DNA from: a virus
Length of the DNA: 64,000 bases
Direction: 5' to 3' (one strand)
IMG/VR virus record: IMGVR_UViG_3300007539_004938
Location: 1-64,000 of that record
The notes below the pieces were generated by a model. It was given only the letters and a program-made list of their open reading frames with translations. It was not told the DNA's origin and did no database searches. Below, in pieces: positions 34,800 through 46,700 of this stretch. Position 1 is the first letter of the stretch. Each line of letters begins with the position of its first letter. The translations under genes were made by a program, and so were the position numbers.

Positions 34800-37700
34800 T
34801 TAGGTAAGCTAATAGTTGCTCTACGGATGAATTTTGATATAGCATTATCCGAGTCACCTAAACTTTTTCCCGGATCATTCCATACTTTTCCTGTTTGTCT
34901 TACAATTTTTATTTCAGTTCCTTCTACAGGATCGTCTCTTAAATGTAAAACTGTTTCTTGTGTACTACCATCGCTGCTAATACGTGTTTCTAAACTAAAG
35001 TCAGGTTCAAGTATTGTATCACCTTCACTACTATCTAGCGCATTTGCAGGATTAAACACTGATAACTGAGTTTTAACTAACTTTTTACCAGCTACATATA
35101 CATCTATTTCATTAATATCTGTTACAATATCATTTAAAATATGTTGAGTGCTATCTAGCGAAACTGCTTTAATCGTTTGAACAATAGTTGTATCTTGGTA
35201 GTCGATTGTTTCGTTTGAACTTTGTCCATACATCCTGGTGCCTTCTTCATAAACATTTTTTACGCCGGTACCTAATGTGCCTCTTCTAAGTTGAGTAACT
35301 GTATTGTTTTTGATTTCAAAATATTCAACACGCTCACCTTCTATAAATAATACACCAGGTAGATTTTTAGATCTATTAGGAATATATAAACCTTCGACAC
35401 TTTCTAAATATATTGTATTATCATAGTAGTTTAAAGGACTTTGTAATACATAACTGTTTTCTTGATTTAAACGCTTGTAATGAGTTCTACCAAGCATATC
35501 TTTGAATATTCTAAATCCAAACTTAGGTGTTACTGGTAGATTTCCAAATTGTAAAACGTCTATAACATCATTGTCTTGCGGAAGTTCTCTTAACCTAACT
35601 GCTTTAGCATCGTCGCTAACAATATAATCTTTTATTGGAGATAGAAGTACTCCGTTTTTAGATACCCATGCATACGCTGTTCCTATTATAGGATCTTGTA
35701 GTTGTATTACGCCTGCACTTAAAAGATTACGTCTTACATAAGTATCGCTTGTTGGGCTTACGCTGGTAGAAGTGACATTATACGTGTATCTGTTAAAATC
35801 ATTTACGTCATGATTACTAAACTGATATATTTCAATATTTTCGCCGCTACTAGGCGGAGTAGCAAATGTAAGATTATTACTTAAAATATATTCAACACCT
35901 GAGACTTTAACCTGTGTACTGTCTTCTCCAGCAACACTCACTATAAATTCATTATCGGTTTGGAAAGCATCTTTTATGTCTTTTTGTATTGATCTAAATG
36001 TAATACAGTTATCTACAATTTTTTCAACAATACCTGAATACTCAGTACTATCTGATGCAAGTAAAGTTAATGTATCACCTTGTTGTACAAACTCTGTCAT
36101 ATCTAAGGCTGTACTATCAATACTTTCAAATTGAACTTCTGTATCTACCATATAATATTCAGCTTCTTTTATGACATAAACAGAAAGTTGAGATCCTGGT
36201 AATACTACATCTGTGCGCAATAAATCAATAGTGCAGTTTACTGGATCATATGTCCAAGCATCGTCTGTAAGTTGTGTCATGCCTTCAAAAACTAGTACAT
36301 CTTGTTGTTCTATTGCTGTAGTATCAGCAAAGTTCCATGCATCTAAATAATATGTTCTTTCTTCTGTAACTGCAAACTGTATGCTGTATCCTGGATTTAA
36401 TATTTTGTTATTTGATTTTACTAGTAATCTATGAGAAAGAGGTACAGCATTAAATGGAACAGGTATATCTCCTGTAAACTTATGATAATAGTTTTCTCCA
36501 TTTGATTCAAAAGTATTATCTATAATAATCTGACTGTAAGTAGTTGCAATAGAATTGTAAATAGAATATTGTATATGATCACCATCAACAAGTATACCAG
36601 GCTCAAACTGTATTTTTACTCGTTGTGGATATGGTTCATCTGCGCTACTTTCAACCAACGTGTATTGATTGTTTTGTGTTTGAACTTTACCATTTACAGT
36701 GACTAAAGCACTTCTCTCGTTATCCCAAGACACTGATGTCACGATTCCAGTAGTACTACCGTCAAATATTGTTGTATCTGTATCTAGTAAACCTGTACCA
36801 TTAGTACCATAACTTATAATACTTAATGTATTACCGATACTACTTGTACTATCATCAAACAAAAGTGTTTTATTGATCCAATCAATAGAGTATCTATCAC
36901 TCGACAATATTTCGTCATCCAACTTAACAATCACAGCATCATTTGATTGCGGTAAACCAGGCAATGCATATACATCAGTGCTATCATTTTCGATTCTATA
37001 GTTTGCAACTGTAATGTTTGCAACACCATCGCTTGCTCTTGTATAAACTTGTATATCTAATGTGTCAATAACTTTGCCTGGGACCATTTCTTCTGGTCCT
37101 TTAGAAGTATTTAAAGTATAGAATCCATCGCCATCTACTGTAATATCTCCTGCTTCGATTCCTGTTGCAGTTGTATATCCTAAATCACCGCCACTTAAAG
37201 CAGTATCATATGTTGTTGCAACAGGTGTGAAACTTCCATCACTTGTACTTTTACTAATAATAACTTTATCACCAGGTGCTGTTGAAATATCTGTTAAATC
37301 TATTGTTACTTCAATAGTGCTATCATCGCCTTGTATTGGTAACATTTGAGCATATATATTTTCAAGAATAGTTGTTCCATCATATGCTGGATCATCTAAT
37401 CTGTATATCTTCCAATCATCTTCTTGAGTTTCTCCAGCTACTTTTACATATACATTATACTCGTAACCTGTTTCTAATGCTTGAGATAAAATATATGTTT
37501 CTACTAAAGTACTATCTGAAGTTATTTCAAAGATTTCATCTTCAAATGTATTTACAAATGTATCAAAACCAGTTCCTGCAAATCCACCAATATCAAACCC
37601 TGTTTCTGTACCAAAATCAATACTATCATATATAGCACCTTCATATTCAACACCTGACATAAGTTGTGATAAATCATTTCCAGGCATACCAGCAGTTGGA

Positions 37701-40700
37701 GAATAATACAATGTTGTTCTATCAGCGGCACTTAGCATAGATACATCTTTTTTGTAAGTAATAGATATTACTGCATCTATAGCTGGTGCATCAATAATGT
37801 TTATATAACCTTGTTTTCTTTCGTAGGTTTTTTTATTATTGCTTTCATTACCAAACAAATATTCACTCGATAACAACTTTTTGTTGTCCACAGTAACTTC
37901 AAAAGTGTTAATATTTAAGTTCATTGGCCATTCAAGTTGGAACTTATTTTTAGCACCAGTTCCTGTAAATGTTTCACTAGTATCTATGTTTGCAATATAA
38001 GTTTTTCCAGATACTCTATCAAACTTCATTATCATATGAGTGCTTCTGATATTAGCGTTACCTAATATTGCAGACGCTCTTGCTGGTGTTCCGTCATCTG
38101 CTAAGTTGCCTTCAAGAGTCACAACAGGAGCAGTATAATATTTTCCGCCCTTGTTTGTTATTTGTATTTCTTTTACGCTACCTCTTGATAAAAATGCTTC
38201 AGCAGTTGTACCGTTGTCTCCTGATATAAAAACTTGAGGCGCTGACAAATAACCGCTACCACCATCTGCAACTTTTATAGACACAACATCATATGTGTTG
38301 TTATCTACCCAACTTTTAAAAGGATATTGTTCATATTTGGAATCAAGAAACTCTATATTATTATTTTGTAAAACAGCTTTACTTGTTTCTATTTCCTTGG
38401 TAATACTATTATGACTTGGAGGTAAATCAAAATCAGTGACTAAAGATCCAGTTGGATCTACTTTTGTATAAGAACTTACATATTCTCTAACTTTTGTCTT
38501 ATATGGTTTTACTTCATTTACATAATCTTGGTAACTTTCTAGGTTATCATTTTGATAACTTATTTTTTGTTCTAACTCAGATACATTATGTTTTGCTTTT
38601 ACAAAACTTGTTTTTAATGCCCAGTCAACATTAGATTGTTCAGAAAACACATATCTTAATGATGCAAAAAATAGCTTATTATATTCAATAGATAAATCTG
38701 CTACAAATATATCATCTTTTATTGCAGTTAAAATATTACGTAGTTCTTGAATAGGTTCTCTATCATAAAAACCACTATCATATATTGAAGCGTCATATCC
38801 GCTTGTTACAAAACTATAATCATACAATCTTGTGCTTAAACTTATAGTTCCATTTTGTCTACCAATAGTTTCGTAGTTTACAGTATAATCTTCGACTAGT
38901 TGATTATCTATTTTCTTTAATAATAACCAACCTCCTGAACCAACATTTTCAATTTTAACAATATCGTTGATATTTGCATCAAGAGCAAACAAATCATATG
39001 TATAACTAGCAATATGATTTATTGCAGTATTACTATTGTATCCAGTAGCATACCAATCTGCATAATCCCAATATTTTGTTGTATCATAGTTTTGGTTATT
39101 TGTTCTTACCCATTCTTTATTTTGATAGCTGTAGATTGCCCATCTACCTCCTACTGTATCGTCGTTTTCTACTAATACAGAAAAGTCTCTAATCGATAGC
39201 TGTGTATTACTATCATAATCAAACCCTTGCGTTACTACTGTAACACTAACAACTTTACCAACACTGTCTATAGATGTTTTTAAATATGCGTTTTTGCCAT
39301 TGGCTGATGTTATTTTAACTAAAGGAGCATTTTTATATCCGCGGCCTGGATTTATTATATTAGCACCAGTTATTCTACCATTTTCTACAATAGGTGTTAA
39401 AGAAGCAGTTTGTACTTTAGAAACTTCTACAAATCTTAAAAGACTTGCTGAATCAGCAGTTGTATCAAACAACCCACTCGAAGCCAATGGTACTTCATCT
39501 TTGTCAAGTAACTTTGTAATAACATAGTTATCTACTATAGGAATAGTTGTAAATACACTGTTTACCCTTTCAACAAACTGTTTTACAGCTTCGAGTCTAT
39601 TAATAAACATACCCTGTCTAGGAAAGTTTAAAACGCCTATTTTTTGACTTGCTGGAATATCTTTATCTGGAACTGGTTTAACATTTTCATCATATCCTAC
39701 TAAACTATCTATCCATTTTCTTTCTATCTCAGAATCAATAGGTGTAGTTGCATATCCTTCGCTTAATAACTGATATTCATAATGAATATTATTTTTATTT
39801 TCTTGGTTTTTATTAAAACTAATATGTAAAATTGAATCGGTGCCACTTACATATGATTTAATATTATATAATGCAAAACTATTCGAACTTAATGGTGTAA
39901 TAAATCTATATCCATAATCTTGCGGCGCTGTGATTATCTTTGCAACATCGTCTGCACTAAGTTTTCTAACACCATCTTCAGGCACATCAAGTTTATTTTT
40001 TACCCAATAAAAGTAATAGTTTGTAAACGACTGTTTTACCTCATCAAATATAGGTCTAGTGCTAAATGTATTATCATCATATAATGCAGTACCAGTTATT
40101 CCATTGGCAAAGCCTTGTGCTGTATTTGCAATATTATTCCATTCACTTGGAAGTAAACTTGTGCCTACCCATTCACATACTTCAATCTCAAAACCTGAAA
40201 CAAGTTTATTAAAGTAAGATGTTCTATATGTGTTGCTATCTTGATATGGATTGTACCAAGCTGCTTTACTAACATTCCACCAAAGTCTACCTACTTGTGT
40301 ATCGGTCCAGTTAAGTCCTGCATCAACAGTAACATTACTAGAATCACTTGTTGTATAAACAGCAGGATCATAAGTTGTTTTATAATATATTTCTTGTTCA
40401 GCAGGACCAGGTATTTTTCCTAAACGAGGATCAATAAAATCCAAGTTGGTAATAATATCTTTTGTCTTTTTGTCATATATGAAAACACGATTGATGTTTG
40501 AAATATTAACTTTTTCTTCTTGATTAACTAAAACCTGCCAACTGTCAGTAGATTTGTTAATCCTAAAATCTGCAATAACACCGAGATTTGTATATGTACT
40601 ATCTAAGTAGAGTAGGTCATCAACTTTGTTTTCTGTTGCTGGAATCATGTCTGCAAATGCAACATATATATGATTGTCTACAAAGTTAAAATAATCATAA

Positions 40701-43700
40701 TCGTATGTACTTGTATCTCTTAAATATTTTAAAGTTTCAGCATATACAAATTTATCAGCAATCTCTTCAAATATTTGTATTCCGCCAGTATTTTCCTCAA
40801 CGTAACCAAAACTTGTGTTACCTGCATCAAATATTGTTTCGTCGTTGTCAAACGATGTTTTATATATTGTGTCAATATTTTTTCCAACTACTGCAAGTTT
40901 ATTACCACTAAACTTCATGTTTTGGCCAAAAAGTTTATGTCCACCTTTAAATGGATTTTCAACTAGTTGTTGGAACGCATATTCAGTAATGCCCATTCCT
41001 GTTTGTTTATAAACGTAAACAGCGCCACTATCTGTGCTAGAGCCATCATAATATTGAGCACTTACTGCAACTTTATCTCCGTTATCATTTATTGATACAT
41101 TCCTACCAAATAAGTTTTCAAACTCATTTTCTAATGTTTGTACATATTGCCAACGGAAATACGGAGCAGCATATATTCCTACTTTTCTTTCTTTTGTATT
41201 AACAGTGTTGATGCTAGTGAAAACTAAAACATCACCGTGTTTGTTTACGTCAAAGTTTTCACCTATTCTTGCTCCATTAACAAAAATATTTTGACTGTTT
41301 GGATTTAAACTTTCTGCAAAGTTTGGAACATACCCTGTATGTTCTTTCCATGTATCCTCACCTGTAAGTAACTCCCATTTTGTAGCATCAGTTGGATCTG
41401 CTTGTCCAGGCGTCAAGTTATCTAGTGCTTTATAAAATGCATAATCGTATAGTACAACATCATTTGTATTATAAGCATATGTGTTACTATACTGTCCTTT
41501 ATAATCTCTGTCAACAGTATATTCCCATCCATTTATATCATCATAGTTTACAAAATATATTTTACCAGCAGCGTTTCCAGGCGCACCTATAAACAACTTT
41601 AATCCAGATGTAGGGTTATTTCTAAAATGTAGTTTGTAGCCAAACTCTTCATTTGCTGTAGGATTTGGACTTGTTATAATAGTATCTAATTCGTAAAGTT
41701 GTGTGTCACCTTTTTTAAATATGTAAACAACACCTTGATTGTTTAGTCCGCTTGCTGTTCCAAAGTTATCTGCAGGTATCATATAAACAGGAGAAAAATC
41801 TTCATTTAAACTGTTTATTGTACTGCCGTCTTGGCCAACTTTATAATCTATGTCATCAATATTTTTGTTGGCTTTCCATAAAATACCTCTGTCAGCTACA
41901 ATATCATTGTATAAAATGTTTGCACTATCTGCGCTATACAAGTCTCCAACAAACTTTGTTTTTACATTGCTTGCATCAGGTGCACCAACAGCTATATATT
42001 TTCCATCTGGGCTGATTGCTATACTTGCTCCAAAGTTAGCATCGTCATCGTGGTAAGTAGTATCTGGTGTTAAATCGTATACAGATGTTTTTTCAAATGA
42101 TTCGTTTGGTCTAGACCATATTTTTACTGAGCCCACATTACTAGGGTTTTGATAACTAGGTGCCCCCACTGCTAACAATGTATTATTATCATTAACTGCA
42201 AAGGCACTTAAAAACTCAACATCTGTTTCATAGGTGCTGTTTACTTCTTCTTGCAAGTTCCAGTTTTTAGTATTTTTATAGACAGACCAATCTCCGTTGC
42301 TGTCTGTATCAAGCCAAACTTTTGTATTAGTATAAGATTTAGGATCACGAATACTAGTTATCCAATCATCTACTGTAGTGAAACGACTAGTAACAAATCT
42401 AGATATTCCAGGTATACTGCTGTCATTAAATGCTGTAACATCCACATCAGTTGATGTTTCAACAGTAATAGAAGCACCATTTACATCAATAACTTTAAAA
42501 AATCCTCTACCACTCTGTACACTGCTGTAAATACCTATAACTTCATCTTTATTAATATTATGAGAATAAGTATCTACAGTAAGAGTGTAACCAGGAACAC
42601 CTTGTAAAATATCATTGTTTACTTCTAACTTGTTTACTAATAAATCAGTTTCAACATTTTGCAAAACATTCCAAACTTGGCCTTGTTGATGAACCCAAAC
42701 ATTGTCTCCGATTTTTACTTGCTCAATATCTAAATTTACTAACTCGTCATAAACATGCACTTGCCACTCAACATCTTTATCTCTTACATATCCTGCATCT
42801 CTAGTGTATATGTCATTATCTGTTCTAGTGTTAAATGGGGTATGTGTATAACCTGTTGGTTTTGCATAAGTTTGATAGTTTGCAATCTCAAATGTCAAAT
42901 CAGTACGATTTTTACTTAAATTGTCAACAAGTTCAACTATTTGAGGTTCAGTTTTAAAATATTTGTCATTTAGTTGATATTCAACTTCTTCTATATTATC
43001 AATACTTCCATACTGTCCTAATCTAAGCGCCCATTCTTCAAAAAATTCTATACTGTCTGTATTTGCTGTGCTTAACGGATCAAAAAGTTTAGTTAAAGCA
43101 TTTTTTGTACCTTTATCTTGTATAAACCCTTGATAAAACTTGTATTGGCTGGTTGGATCAGTTATAATATTATTTAAATATTCACGTTTTTGATATCCTA
43201 TCAAATGTTGAGCTAATCTTTGTTGTTCAGTATCAAAGTTATCAGTATCTAGATCGTAAAAATCTCCAAACTGTTTTGCTTTATAATCCCAGTTAGGAAA
43301 TAGTTGATCTTGAGGTTTTTGAGATAACAAAATCCATTTTGTACTGTCAAATGTTGCTCCACTTGTATGCCCTGATGTGTTTGAATAATAAAACTGTTTG
43401 AACTTTACAAGATCACCAATATTATAATCAGTATTAGGAGACCATTCAATAACTTTTGCTTCGTCATAAAAGAAGCCAGGAACATTAAGTGTACCATCCC
43501 AATAATCTGTTTTGTATCCTACAACTTTTATTCTTTCTTGTCTATATCCTGGAATGACATCAAATATTATATCATTAAAGACAGTTTCGTTATCAACTAA
43601 AATAATATGCTCTGTTTGTATTAATGGCAACTTAGCTAGATAAATACTTTCCGTTATAGTCTTAACATTAAAATCAAGGTTATCTCTATAAAGATTTAAC

Positions 43701-46700
43701 ACAGAAGGATTTAGACTTTCTCCATCTGCTGATAATAAACTAAAGTTATAAAAAGGATCGTATAGGTTGTCAACACCAAAATAATCTTTTTGATATTTGA
43801 GTGCATTTGCAACAGGACTAGTTGCAATCACTGCACCATTATCCCAGTTTTGTGTGTTAAAAAATAAAAACTCTTTAATACACAATGTCATATCTTCTAA
43901 AATACCTGTGTCACTTACATTGTCAAAAATAAATCCTTGTTGTTTTAGATAGGCTTCGTAGCCGCACATAAAATCAACCACATCTTGTATTGTCTCAAAA
44001 TATGTTCCGTAATAAACTTTTGTTAAATCGTTAAAATCAAATACACGTCTAATCTTTGCACTTTTTCCTCCAACTTCAGGAAGTTTGGCTAGTTTTACAA
44101 AGTTTTCACTGTTAAAAGTTGCATCACTTGTATGAGTAATCGATGCCCTATAATATTGACTATTATAAAATACTACAGTTCCTTTTGTATAAAGTTGATT
44201 TGATCCCCAGTTGACAAAAGTTTCACTTACACCTCCGACTGTTATTCCTGGATCATTAAACTGTTCTATGTGCTTATATGAATAAAATACTGGATTAGCA
44301 TTATCATAACCTCTTATTGTAAATCCTTTTGATTCACCGTCTGCATTTTTTATCTGTTCTATAATCATACCAGAAATAACAGATAAATCTAATACTGAAC
44401 TTTTGTTTAAAAATATTTTGTAGTTTTCATCTGGAACAAAAACACTAGTTTTATTCAAAGGACTTCTACTATCTAACACTAGTTTTATTTTACTTTTATC
44501 TGCAAAACCGCCAAGTCTTAAACTTAACTGATTTTTAATATTGGATAACTCGTTTTGATAATCAGTTAAGTTTGCATCTATTCTAGAATTAATATTTGCT
44601 GCAACATAGTTTATAATACCAGAAGTGTAATATTGAATATTATCTTTAATTTTAGGAACAACTATATCTGTAAGTTTTATAGATTTTTGTGTGTCTTTCC
44701 ACACAATATTACCCACTATGTTTTTCGTGATACGACTTCTATCAAAACCTAAGCCAAATACTGTTGCAGGGTTTAATAACATCCATGCTTTTAACAAACT
44801 AAACACGTAATCGCTACTGCGTCTCCAAGCATTTTCTGCAGGACTAATATCTCCATAAGTAAAAATATTTTTAACATTTTGTATTAAAACATTATTTGCT
44901 AATCCACTTGTAGTGGGATCTATTAATCTACCATATTCATCTACTGGTATATGTTTTGTTAAATCAGTTCTTACATATTTTGTATTAACAGAAATAGGCT
45001 TATTTGGTTCACGTATAATACCTTTTTCTAAATCTTGCCATAAAACTAAGTTGTCTCTGGTATAAGGAGCTGGCCCATAAACTTCTTCCCACCATTTTGG
45101 TTTAATATAAAAACCTAACATTTCCCATGGATTTGTATGAGGACGATCTGTGTCGTAGAAAGTTTTGTATACATTTCTCCAAGAGCCTTGTAATATTTTA
45201 CCATTAAAATCATTTGTACCGGTATAGTTGTATGTGAATCCATTTCCGTCAACAACATTATTTTTTGTGTAATCGTAGTTGTTTGCAAAAGATAACCATT
45301 CACTAAATCCATTTAACATTGCTGCATCAATGTCTTTTTGAGTAAAATATGTTGTTCTATCTGACGATGGAATAAAATCGTGAATATCTAAAATAGTAGG
45401 ATCGTATTTTACTTTAATATTGTTGAATATTCTTTTTTCTAGTTCTAAAAGTAAATCGTCTCTGTAATCATCATAAGCAACAACAATACTTCCATCGTGT
45501 CCTTGGATTACTTTTTGAGGTGTTAAGTACGTTGTGTCTACAAATATTTGAGGCTGATATGCTGGAAGTAATCCTAACTTTACAGGAGTAGGTGGAACAA
45601 AGCTACCATTTGTGTTTTCATATTCATATATTTTTACAACATCGTTTATTTGTAGTTCACGATCTATGTAAACAAAGCCATTACTAAAAGTATAATCTAT
45701 TTCATGTAAAAGTTGAACATCGTTTAGGTATACTAACACTGCTTTTGAATTTGGTGTAGTTAAATCAAATGTGTTTTTTAACGCAAAATAATCAGGTCCT
45801 GTAAACTCTACAGTATGTTCTTCAAATGTAAATCCAGAAAATGGAATCATGTCACTTGTATAAAATGGTTGTTGTGTTGATTTATCTTTGTTAATAACTT
45901 TAATAATGTAATCTACATGATCTTTGACTGAGCCAAAAAACCCAGAACTTTCTGCTTCTCTTAAAAAGGCTCGTTTGAAAGTATTGTATTGTTTTCTTGC
46001 AAGATTCAAACCAGATATTGCATTATATTCTTTTGAAACTAAATGATACAAAGGTAGGTTTAATGGTCCTTCGTGCTGTAACAATAATCTACCATAACTG
46101 CTTAACTCTCCTAAATCTCTAAGATTGTTTACACCTAACGATTCTCCTTCAAAATCTGGATGAAACTCTGTTATAGTTTTTACATGATCAGTTATTTCAC
46201 CTAAAGTAAAAGTTGTTATATTTTCATTTAATGGATTTCTTTCATAGTTTAATGGAATCTCATAAGTACCGTTGTTGTTTTTTGGAGAGTTAGAATAACA
46301 TTTTATAACCACTAAAGCATATGCATTTAAGTCGTTTGGTAATGTAACAAAAGCAAGACTGTTTCTTTTTGTAATACTAAACAAGTTTGTTTTTTTGCCA
46401 TCTATATAAACTTTTACAAATAAATCATCTAAGTTTCCTGCATTAGTAAAACAATCTATAGGAAAGTTATTCAACATATTGTTGTACTGAAGTATTACAG
46501 GTTGTATTGTTTTTTTATTTGTTTTTACCCATGCATTTTTGTACTCAAAGTTATCTCCAAGATAGTTATATTTTTTCAAAAATAAAACATCCGAGTTAAC
46601 ACTAAAATCATTTTGTAGTTCGTCTTGGTATGATATTGTTTCAGACAAAAGATTATAATCAAATACAATATCACCTATATTATTGATGTTTCTATATTTT

